A DNA stretch of 64,000 nucleotides from positions 283,030,001 to 283,094,000 of the forward strand of contig CM097882.1 of NCBI GenBank assembly GCA_044892505.1. Direction: 5' to 3'. The notes beneath the pieces were generated by a model that had not been told where the DNA came from, did no database searches, and saw only the letters and a program-made list of their open reading frames with translations. The DNA comes from Schmidtea nova (taxonomy: Eukaryota). Of this stretch, positions 9,001 through 15,114 are shown piece by piece (position 1 is the first letter of the stretch; every line of letters begins with the position of its first letter). The translations under genes and the position numbers were made by a program.

Positions 9001-11701
9001 CACGTATGCACTCGATACATCGTTTCAACTTTTTGTATTCGCTTCTCATTAACTCCTTTCTATGTTTTTTGATTTGTGGGATGATTTGTTCTATCATGGA
9101 ATTTAGATTTCCTCGTAAGATTCGTCCTTTCTCATATTCTAACCGTGGTTTTATCTTCTTCTCGAAACACGTATTTGCTTCCTTTGCTACTTCTTGTAGG
9201 TTCTCTTCTCTCTTATCATCGCATATCGATAATGTTGTCACCTCTCCTGGCCATATGCCTGTTTCTATCAAATGCGTCCTTTTCTTCACTAGTCCATTCT
9301 GTGAATAGAGGAATTTGTTTTTATATGAACTCCCTAATCTATCCTCTACCCATTGGTAAATATCTTCCGTGAGTGGAGTTTTGATCCAAATCCTTGGCAA
9401 ACATGTTTTTATCTCTATTAGGATTATATATTCATGGAGTGGTTCTTTTAATAATTTTCCTAGGTATTGGCTTAGTGTTTCTACTTCCCGGCCTGGTAAC
9501 CACTCTTTATAGTTCATTTGTAATATCGCTCTCATGAATTTCCGATAGTGTTTCTTGTCGATGAACTCCTCATTATATATTACTTCTAGCGCGTTATCTA
9601 ATAATTTCTGGATCTCGTCCTCTTTTACTTGAATAGTTTCTGGCGTCTTTACTACTTCTATCTTTTTGTCTTCAATTTCCGGTTCGTTTAGCATATCTCC
9701 GGCTAGACTACTGACGTCACTATCCTCTTCGTCATCTGAAAAATTCTTTGCCTGGCCTCTCAACATGTTAATGTGTTTTATCTGGTTGATTTCACTTGGT
9801 GTATTTTCCGTTGATCTTGTTTCACTTTTAATAGCTTTTTGTGTTGATTCACTCTTGTCGTCTACTACTTCGACCTTTCTCAATTTTCGTTCTAACTCGT
9901 CTATTTCTCTCAACCGTCTTCGTATCATTTTCCCTTTAAATATTCGACTGATTCGTGTTTCGTGACGCACTGGCGATGGGATTCCTTCTGGTTCTATTTC
10001 CTTGATTACCATCACATTTCTTTTTGTCTCTACTACTCCCATGTTTTCCCATGTATCCGTTAGTTTCAATTTTACTTCTGGTGCACCTTCTATTTTTAGG
10101 AATGCTTCTCTGGGCAGTTTCGTTACTCCTGGAGCCATTTCATTCACTTTATTGAACAATATTTCTACTTCTTCCTTTATGTTATATTGGAATCGAAACA
10201 CGTGCTTGTTTGGCAAAATTACCATCATTCCTCTTTTCCCGAGTTTCCTTTTCTCTTCTTGGTTCCCTTCTTTTTCTACTTCCTTTTCTGTTTCTTTTTC
10301 TGCTTCTTCGTCTTCTTGTATTATCTCTTTTCGGCCTTCGTTGTTGGTTGGATTCGAGTTTGTTGGATTTATTTCTGGTACAGTCTCTTTCTCGTGGGTA
10401 TTTGTTTGATTGGTTGCTCTCATCATATTAATTCTTAGAGGTTGTCGTTCTCTTTCTTGCTGTTTTTGTTCCTCTTCTCTTTGTATTCTTGCCCATTCCT
10501 GAGCATGTCGTGCTTGACTTTCCCGATTCAATCGTTCGTTTTCGCTTTCTATTTTTCTCATCATATTGATTTGTTGTTGACCTGTTTGCGGATTTCCTCT
10601 GTTTGTATTGTTTATCAGCTCCGTCAATCTTTGAACCTCTTGCATTAAATGTATCTCTTTAGTGGTATTTTTATTTTGGTTATTATTATTACTATTTGGT
10701 TGGTTTCCGTATTCCGGTTGGTTTCCATTATTTGGCTGATTTCCATAATTCTGTCGGTTTCCACCAGTTGGTTGGTTTCCATAGTTTTGTCGGTTTCCGG
10801 TATTCTGCCAATTTCCTCGTTGATTGCTTCTTTGTCCGCAATTTCTTGATAGGTGTCCAGGTCGTCCACAATTAAAACAGGTTATTGTGTAACATCTGCT
10901 CTCTGAATGCCCTTTTACTCCACATTTTCCACAATTCAAGTTCTGATAACATTCTTGTTGCCAATGTCCCAATTTCCCACATGTTTTGCATTGTTTCGTT
11001 GGTCCTTGGGGGTTGTAATTGTTTTGATTTCCGTAATTTGATACTTTATTCCCTTCATTCCTTCGTTGCGGTGGTGGTCGGTTTAATTGTTGTGAATTTG
11101 GGATGTGGTTATTCAGGTTCACTTCTTGTTCGTTTTGTGCTGTATCCATAGCTAAATAGATTCTACCATCATTTCCTATCATGTGTAGTTCAAATCTATT
11201 AGCTGTTTCTAGTGCTTGGTCGATGGTTTTACAACCTTGGCATCCAACTTGCGCTCTTATGTCGGGTCTTCTTAATCCTCCCACAAAGATAGCTGCCATT
11301 AACTCCTCATTTATTGGACTGTCTTGATTGAAAATCAACTTTGCTAACTTTTTTAATTCGCTTGCATATACCGCATTCGATTCATTTATCTTTTGTTTCC
11401 TCATTGAGAATTCCGTGAATGCCTCATTCAATACTTTGTTTATTCCAAAGGTTTGTTGGAAAAAGTCCTTTATCGCTGACCAACTTGTAGGTGGATTAGT
11501 TCCATTTTTTGCTTCCAAATATAGATCTAATGCGCTATCTTTCAAATATAGCTGAATTCTGCTTACAGTTGTTTCTGGTTTCCACTTGCATACTTCCACG
11601 AATATGCCAAATTCCTTTAAGAAAGTTTCCAGTTTACTCGCATCTCCATTAAACGGTTCTCCGGAAAATTTGTCTTTTATCTCTTCTCTGGGTTCGCTCA
11701 T
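2..11701 (-). CDS. Single Gag-Ubl-Bcl2-Env-PR-RT-RH-IN-ankyrin polyprotein, at least 3900 aa, open at the window edge
   Basis: Anchor codons all share one frame (lowest codon coordinate = 2 mod 3): ATG 11699-11701, CCHC 10865, Ubl 8885 and 8063, GGW 6842, FYCG 6452, DTG 4277, YIDD 3053, GGH 1949, ankyrin 623. No ORF ending in this frame is listed in the track, consistent with no stop before position 1. The frame is open upstream to a TAA at 12161-12163. Confidence 0.9.
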   Translation of the reverse strand, partial: MSEPREEIKDKFSGEPFNGDASKLETFLKEFGIFVEVCKWKPETTVSRIQLYLKDSALDLYLEAKNGTNPPTSWSAIKDFFQQTFGINKVLNEAFTEFSMRKQKINESNAVYASELKKLAKLIFNQDSPINEELMAAIFVGGLRRPDIRAQVGCQGCKTIDQALETANRFELHMIGNDGRIYLAMDTAQNEQEVNLNNHIPNSQQLNRPPPQRRNEGNKVSNYGNQNNYNPQGPTKQCKTCGKLGHWQQECYQNLNCGKCGVKGHSESRCYTITCFNCGRPGHLSRNCGQRSNQRGNWQNTGNRQNYGNQPTGGNRQNYGNQPNNGNQPEYGNQPNSNNNNQNKNTTKEIHLMQEVQRLTELINNTNRGNPQTGQQQINMMRKIESENERLNRESQARHAQEWARIQREEEQKQQERERQPLRINMMRATNQTNTHEKETVPEINPTNSNPTNNEGRKEIIQEDEEAEKETEKEVEKEGNQEEKRKLGKRGMMVILPNKHVFRFQYNIKEEVEILFNKVNEMAPGVTKLPREAFLKIEGAPEVKLKLTDTWENMGVVETKRNVMVIKEIEPEGIPSPVRHETRISRIFKGKMIRRRLREIDELERKLRKVEVVDDKSESTQKAIKSETRSTENTPSEINQIKHINMLRGQAKNFSDDEEDSDVSSLAGDMLNEPEIEDKKIEVVKTPETIQVKEDEIQKLLDNALEVIYNEEFIDKKHYRKFMRAILQMNYKEWLPGREVETLSQYLGKLLKEPLHEYIILIEIKTCLPRIWIKTPLTEDIYQWVEDRLGSSYKNKFLYSQNGLVKKRTHLIETGIWPGEVTTLSICDDKREENLQEVAKEANTCFEKKIKPRLEYEKGRILRGNLNSMIEQIIPQIKKHRKELMRSEYKKLKRCIECIRDTSHTRWSQISYGKVIAKMGKAMFRQGKITDLKIAVELPNEDTKEIEVVADCTIKELVNVINETLLQREPEEEWEDDIIMKYNEHVLWDHDERRLYKIGIWDNHQTIHVIRMDDTPRETAKDEKRERERQKEVVHKLQQIVDIYRNWRIWPEWEDVLEELNLNRRLRTPVEKRWNERGKCWEPKAGEYEEEYEIGIEDDHKPETGRVCMVTRKAMPADIDGPETATMWLEREKQKTEEFVEILKTNAHGKRKVVKGLADFFVVNGEDITCLRKVAKAIAEYKRVNEWCPEQLDHVIKKWRNQEFSQESPQKVHLRIVYPNQEKEEFWVGIAEKVRDIKKKLRYEPPFHLQHQGRSLDNSLEIGITPAQLDIANTLTVAAIAGQPLKLKEEKKPKGSMSTPSPMKSVMTPGTSSEQTRTTPRETRERTPPEPYDEDEIFTDSDDMLEELIELTKEKDDNIFERIQELPTAIPVTNTEDEVEQEIIIEEVNEIAEEEARRANVENVQFTQEMERWLEERANEPRDVTEETGRETRLVETGTTMDKRPRGRPKMDPANVVIKSREEKRRDQWDLCLKKLNKIAETKEKETTQTYQGEEWISKMLMEILAIIDPELKKWWRINEISERAKSLHSAIAPILPELIKEKTRSNHLDWQGTTMLIKKVTEGAETDNKYLIAMAYTIYNLLTLSRGRLKPTALERHIKNTAKIIEKEIEPYIISKGGWETFTKTNQKKNQAKNMKKKFEEILGELEKEKSGTGNGKSSLNLSSIIMMILIWMISTDGATAFEVFDCDQMALGEKYSLRGTEQCKDATPTELKTLKKRQLYHVYQEAELIRTMVRECKVYKTRFAFYCGHRHYSAIVMPGTERESVMLQGEDCEKLFKHGEVETRDRVKIRGKTGVILQQTYYVAGAITGGEGYCQGATYPIFGVAATNLVVIDTYTVELKTYEAFFDPTTGEMKTLPMCKIESNTCQTGMSTLTYQIRGKECQLQLLKEAEFDEIQGKTFQEEEEDEAARGKILQDTVRGEKKIETRTQEKQIKMRNTPTVLITSDADIGMRFVKGKTALKCGVAMLETNYPGIFVSKQEVPSAKRKVHTNDVKLHLYMNNKMDFLFHRGQASLQKVYYDLINNDCILNREILKTKLAVAITNPDSAMPLLPLREGHFGRVVGEVMYVYICKKTNAKVATMTKLQPGQCTNELEIEYKGKVRYVQPVTRIINPVSFEPNPFNCSNAYGPLYQKPDGNWVMFPSRTEVPAPREFELMQLSKGRKFKDVDVSNMGFYSAKDLEAARQNILFPARREAVLSSIVTITGGTNYQSGPNYELLLSPAHFKKATENMMKAMWGRFLIFGQMMAGILGVILIIQIIRVIITQMLACFDIYKREKKVNWKLVVGFLPFLAKTMVLHGHSKDIHRIKRLLKILAKMKGTDEEVGRKFKKIMNNEQARQQLKKERKGLWERMKGYRTQDDSSDDDDDDNEGGQVFKNQVPQYVEKNPAEMWKCYAPPPTMYQEPTPGMRQNTMQMMPMTNIYPMIPEDYRTRRCRSVDPQGDSHTIAVMSSNTGPVLTTTIEINGREIEAMIDTGANISAIDIKWIPQEQRRDIERTNVHVIACSKEVVEVAGRWWVKIKHQNTEIETYVAVIPALSVPCIIGTDLMPALFKEIVIDLGTMRLKDRTGQICAIEAKVTSSKQIIVPARREKICFVKIDPTIEGDMIFEPSKRFEKRKSLPMARGLVSANDNGEIPINVVNFDEEDKIIYENERLGKLTPMIDIEIPIKEGVKEEEPTWNIDSQLLNEDQKKQLERLLIEYKDIFAASDLDLGTCDVTLHTIPLTDETPIALRPYKLAEAQKSVAEAEVQKMLDAEVIEPSCSPWQFPVVMVKKKDGTQRFCIDYRRLNTVTKRDTYPLPDINEMLLTLQGAAYFTSLDLKSGYWQIKMKEEDKEKTAFTIGRDLYQFRKMPFGLTNAPASFQRCMNFVTHGIKQCMVYIDDLLIYSSTFEQHIQDIRDVFVRLRQWKLKLKPSKCDWAKEKVTFLGHIVSAKGKEPDPRNIDKVKECPVPKTITQIQEFLGLCGYYRKFIKDYAGIAKPIQELVKKDVSFIWGSEQQTAFETLRDKLITAPILVHPDFKKPFLLATDASGYAAGAVLGQYDDEGKERVIGYYSRTFKKHEKNYSVTEREALAIILAIKHFKYLLWGHVICITTDHQPLVWLGQHKETSSRLMRWAMQLQEYSPDIKFKSGKANANADCMSRLTFPELTDPEVQRICIMIAEDLDFSELKKDQQEDKELRPIIEFLSSRNMDVFKDNAELKEHMRKYQHRYTIEKGWLLIRDGEKRLMCLPGNRRKEIITQYHDGKLGGHMSDKKTLNRMRQKYYWPTMDEDVKEWIKNCLTCATRKDSGKKWKNPLKPMPIPAEPMTTIAMDVIGPLPESLNGNQYILVITDYLTKFPEAFAMPDQKAKTVARILVEEICCRYGTPKQILTDQGTNFMSEILDEVTNYFRIAKLRTSPYHPQTNGQTERFNGTLIRMLSNYVSKHQTDWDEYIKLCLMAYRMSIHAATKLSPFQLMYGRECNMPIDLEYQPPLSQYMEEDDYVTKFKERMQEIWKTAELNIKFYQESYKDLHDQKKNVKTNDLKPGDWVMIETPEIIPGTVKKLQRPGKGPYEVIYKKENNVKVKLVNRPLIRPIYVNTCRCKKVPKTITTAPEERIITRSQTARMNMLRATNESTEAENNQREKRNKEIVLKAREIMGKWHFRDDILRDIQSIISDYARGLPTKPVISELLEKIPEILSLEDIGGQPALHNAIKWGEVERVKEFLKIAKETNQHLGFGNSEQETPLMVAAIYKSDKAIIDLLINADFNWTERDRENKTVLNHAIWSSNQIMLKQIIEKATWEIDELIKGDIIKEAIKIGNCKTIRKLIKWKRSENDTWVLNINEVYSKGQNALLRFLLKFVCDQKTLLTLLDRGNIIMSKNKEECKFESEKEALFRNIREWCTKSLTKTITYKDISN
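250..650 (-). other. Ankyrin-repeat region fused downstream of integrase (element 1)
   Basis: GQPALHNAIKWGEVREVKEFLK, EQETPLMVAAIYKSDKAIIDLLINADFNWTERD and ENKTVLNHAIWSSNQIMLKQII match the ankyrin TPLHxA...V.xLL pattern at about 33-aa spacing. Confidence 0.8.
1000..2000 (-). other. Integrase domain (element 1)
   Basis: YHDGKLGGH...CLTC zinc motif, AMDVIGPLP, LTDQGTNF, PYHPQTNGQTERFN, and C-terminal GKGPYEV. Confidence 0.97.
2290..3560 (-). other. Reverse transcriptase and RNase H (element 1)
   Basis: RFCIDYRRLN, LDLKSGYWQI, MPFGLTNAPASFQR, VYIDDLLI, FLGLCGYYRKFI, LATDASGYAAGAVL, YSVTEREALA, TDHQPL. Confidence 0.98.
3990..4330 (-). other. Retroviral-type aspartic protease (element 1)
   Basis: IEINGREIEAMIDTGANISAI ... 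CIIGTDLM. Confidence 0.95.
4800..6720 (-). other. Envelope glycoprotein, chuvirus-G / herpes gB-like (class III fusogen-like), element 1
   Basis: Hydrophobic signal SIIMMILIWMISTDGATA, then a Cys-rich ectodomain of about 550 aa (FEVFDC, YHVYQE, VRECKV..FYCGHRHY, NDCILNREILK..AITNP, GRVVGEVMYVYICK), then TM FLIFGQMMAGILGVILIIQII. Family assignment is from recalled motifs. Confidence 0.75.
6830..7300 (-). other. Bcl-2-like domain (element 1)
   Basis: BH2-like TAKIIEKEIEPYIISKGGWETF, preceded by BH1-like IKKVTEGAETDNKYLIAMAYTIY. It occupies the same position as a clearer copy in element 2. Confidence 0.6.
7860..10228 (-). other. Cluster of 2-4 ubiquitin-like/UBX-like beta-grasp domains (element 1)
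   Basis: About 8670-8910: LKIAVELPNEDTKEIEVVADCTIKEL...MKYNEHVLWD..RRLYKIGIWD..TIHVI. About 7860-8070: KVHLRIVYPNQEKEEFWVGIAEKVRDIKKKL..FHLQHQGRSLD. Weaker candidates at about 9225-9430 (LIETGIWPGEVTTL) and 10005-10228 (MMVILPNKHVFRF..LKLTDTWENMGV). Confidence 0.55.
10830..11701 (-). other. Gag (capsid-like region plus three CCHC zinc knuckles), element 1
   Basis: PFNGDASKLETFLKEF...YLKDSALDLY, then CKTCGKLGHWQQEC, CGKCGVKGHSESRC, CFNCGRPGHLSRNC. Confidence 0.93.
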
Positions 11702-12677
11702 TTCAATTCCGCTGTCTGTAGTTATTTTACTTTCGTTTCCTCTTGTTTCTAGTTCACTGTTAGGTTCGTCACTCGAATTTCGGTCGATCTCAGTTTCTTT
11801 TGCTGATTCGTTATCTGATGCTTTACTATCGTTATCGGTATCGTCACTTTCTGTTTCTTGTTCTACTTCGTCTTCTATTTCTTCTATATAATCGTTGTTG
11901 GTTTTGTCGACTTCTATTTCACTTATTGGGTTTCTCTCGGGTTCTGCTTGATTTTCTTTGTTGCTTGAACTGTTGCTTGTTACTGATAATTTATCGTTTT
12001 CGATAATCGACTTTTGTATTATTATCTGCCTTGCTTTACTTCCTTTTGGGCCTTTCTGATTATTATTCTTGGTAGCTTTATTCTTTTCTGCTGGTTTTAT
12101 TATGACACTCTTTTCTCCTTTTCTCAACGGAATTACTTTTGTATACTCAATTTTCCTGTCTTATCGTGTTCCGATTCTTTTCTTCCTTAGTTGATTGGTT
12201 TGGTTTGATTGATTTATCTAAAATACAAATGTCACTTCAACGATACTCTATTGTTATCGTTGCGCTTTTATTCCCTTTTTACGGGACTTCTCATTACTGG
12301 GTTTCTATTATTTTTCCCCATTCCCAGATTCCCCTTTATTTAAGTCTATTTAAATTATCTATATACTAGTCACAATTATCTATTTAGTCATAACAATTAT
12401 CTATCGGTTATTAAAATACATCAATTATTTTTCCCGCGGTCTCCCAATTTATTTGTCGTTCGAACGCTCTAATTCCCTGAGTCATTTGACTCGATTATTA
12501 TTTTATCATCTCTTTATCTTTCTCTCTGCTAGCCTCTAATTATTAATTCTGCCGGTCTTTCCGGTCAGCTCCTATTTCTCAATTCTACTTGCATGCATTA
12601 TTTTAGGTCGCATAATCAGCTTTACTCGCATTTCTCTATTATCGGTGCGCACTATTCTCATTATCGTCGACGATCAC

Positions 12678-13075
12678 AACTCTGGGCCTATATTCCCTCT
12701 GTTGTTATTTCTTATCACTTGCAACCCTGGGCCTATATTCCCTCCGTTGCTACTCAAATGATTGTAACCCTGGGCTTATATTCCCTCCGTTAATATCTTC
12801 CTTTAATTTTAAATAATTGCAACCCTGGGCCTATATTCCCTCCGTTGCTACTCAACAATTGTAACCCTGGGCCTATATTCCCTCCGTTACTATATATCCG
12901 GATATCCCTATTGGCTCCTTTGGCCTCTAATTAATATCAATTATCTCAAATGGCTCTTATGGCCTCAAATTCATATTTCATTATCTCAAATGGCTCTATT
13001 GGCCTTAAATTCATATCTCAATTATCTCAAATGGCTCTATTGGCCTTAAATCATATCTCTCAATAACGCCTAGCT
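12678..13075. repeat. Two short tandem arrays in the 5' leader of element 1
   Basis: About 5 copies of caaccctgggcctatattccctccgtt (12678-12890) and about 4 copies of atctcaaatggctctattggcct (12930-13060). Confidence 0.85.
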
Positions 13076-13103
13076 AGGTCATTCAATATGGCTCTTTGGC
13101 CTC

Positions 13104-13317
13104 AACCCTTTGTTTCAAGGGACAAACCGCTGATAACCCTTTGTTTCAAGGGACAAATTCTAATAACCCTTTGTTTCAAGGGACAAACCGCTGATAACCC
13201 TTTGTTTCAAGGGACAAATTCTAATAACCCTTTGTTTCAAGGGACAAACCGCTGATAACCCTTTGTTTCAAGGGACAAATTCTAATAACCCTTTGTTTCA
13301 AGGGACAAACCGCTGAT
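13104..13317. repeat. Alternating 31/30-bp tandem array (ABABABA) in the leader of element 1
   Basis: Core aaccctttgtttcaagggacaaa followed alternately by ccgctgat or ttctaat; unit starts at 13104, 13135, 13165, 13196, 13226, 13257, 13287. Confidence 0.95.
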
Positions 13318-13794
13318 AACTTTTCCTTAACCGGTTAATCGTAATTCTTAACTTCGCTAGCGACTACAATTTCTCAGCTGAGTTCTCTCAATTTCATGCG
13401 AGCTGATTATGCACCTCTTATTTTTCTCTATAATTCCTCGATTCTTTGTTTTATTACTAATTCTTTCGCTGATCAGTCATAATTCAATTTTTATTATTTT
13501 CTCTGCGCGCATCTTACCTCATCAGGGTTTTCCCTATTTCTCTCCCCAACCAAAATATACAAAAAGATCGCGTTGGTCTACTAATGCGGGATGTGGTGAT
13601 CAATCACATCACAAAAGCTTTCCAACATTTGCGATTGGCCCCTTTCTATATACCCCGAGTGGGTTGATCAACTGGTACCTCCCAATGGGTGCTTAACGGA
13701 CTACTTGACAGTAGCTCAAAAATTAATTAACATTGTTGATTGCTCCCTTGACTTTGTCATTCGATACAATATATTAACACACTCTAAATATTTA

Positions 13795-14256
13795 TTATAA
13801 ATAAACTACAATTTTATCAGCTACAGAGAAATTGCACATGGGGCACTCATCACACTTATTCGCACAGTTTTTACAGAATCGAAAATGTCCACATGGTAAA
13901 AACATTATTTGGATTTCACTGTTTTCGCATATGTAACATTGTTTATATTGTTTTGCTGCCTCGACCCCTTGCGACATCCATCGGTTATATGTTAGGCTTA
14001 ACTGCTGTTCTATATGTCGGCATCTGATATTCAACTCGGCATCCTCTAATCGTGCTTTGTACCATTTATATCGCGTATTTATATCGAGTTTATTTACTTT
14101 CTCTATGATTTTTATTAACTCAGTTGTTTCCTCAGTTTGTGTCGTAGGTTCCTCATATTCGGATGCTCTTATTCGGGTTATTTTTTCGCAGACTGTCTCA
14201 AATGTTTCGTTCTCGGTGTTGAAAAATTCCTCGATTTCTTTCAGTTTTTCCTCCAT
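13795..14256 (-). CDS. IAP/MDM2-type C-terminal RING-HC protein (153 aa, no BIR domain) between PBS and gag
   Basis: CYICENSEIQIMFLPCGHFRFCKNCANKCDECPMCNFSVADKIVVYL-stop: C3HC4 spacing with the short hydrophobic tail typical of IAP RINGs; coiled-coil-like N-terminus. Confidence 0.85.
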   Translation of the reverse strand: MEEKLKEIEEFFNTENETFETVCEKITRIRASEYEEPTTQTEETTELIKIIEKVNKLDINTRYKWYKARLEDAELNIRCRHIEQQLSLTYNRWMSQGVEAAKQYKQCYICENSEIQIMFLPCGHFRFCKNCANKCDECPMCNFSVADKIVVYL

Positions 14257-14562
14257 TTCCTAGATAATTTATTTAATTACTGTGTTAATATTATTCGAAA
14301 AGTAGTACTGTGTTTCGTTTCTGACAGTTTTATAGCCTCCCCCCGTGTTTCGGTAAAATGTCGTCCCGACCTGTTATTTATGAATGCATTTGTTTAATTT
14401 ATCTACTAATTTGTTTTAATTCTCTGTTTGTAATTATCTATTTCCACGCAACTCACTCTTATCTCGATTACTCTTTCGGTTACTATTTCTACTCACAAAA
14501 TTCTGATTTTAAATTTCTCTGTTGTCATTGGGTTCACATTTTCCGCATAAAAACAAAGTTGA

Positions 14563-14580
14563 ATCCCGGCTGAGCCCCCA
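14563..14580 (-). promoter_or_regulatory. Primer-binding site, tRNA-Pro-like (element 1)
   Basis: Minus strand TGGGGGCTCAGCCGGGAT matches the canonical tRNA-Pro PBS TGGGGGCTCGTCCGGGAT at 16/18. Confidence 0.8.
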
Positions 14581-15114
14581 AATTTATGCTGGGATTATGG
14601 GTGGGTTTTAAGTAATTCAAATAAACAATTAATCATACTAGGGATTCCGCGCCCATAACCATACATAACATGACTACTACACGCGTATGCCCTTGACTAT
14701 TCCCTACTAGTCAAGTTGGTACTGCATACGGTGGTGGAAAAATGATGGGCAGGTGAGCTTTGTCGCCAAAACTACTCCCCATTTATCTTCCCTCGGGTTC
14801 TTGCTGCCGATAGAAGGTCTTACGCATTTACATTCTATGGATGTTCGTTTCTTACTGCATTTTATACTACATATACTTATGATCTATCACACGCTTTTCC
14901 CAATGACGCTCTCCCTCGCTGTTCTACAAGCCGACGAAAACTCTCGCTGCTAAGCAACGGTCGGTGTAGGTTTTACGATGCGATTTTCAGTTCTACGAAT
15001 TACTTATGTAGTCTTATTTTATTTAGTGAAATCACAAGATGAGAGAAAAAATTTACCCAGTAATACTTTTATTGAAATAATAAAGACAGGTTGTTATTTT
15101 ACATTGAGGTTTTC

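Noticed and set aside
8349-10869. Minus-strand ORFs 8349-8564 and 10645-10869
   Set aside because: Short alternative frames overlapping the polyprotein; the second mirrors the Gag N/Q/G-rich repeat.
501-12369. Dozens of plus-strand ORFs rich in F/S/L/I
   Set aside because: Antisense shadows of the A-rich minus-strand polyprotein; no independent motifs.
13104-13317. CRISPR-like appearance of the 30/31-bp palindromic repeats
   Set aside because: No unique spacers (only two alternating 7-8 bp linkers), no cas genes, and eukaryotic context.
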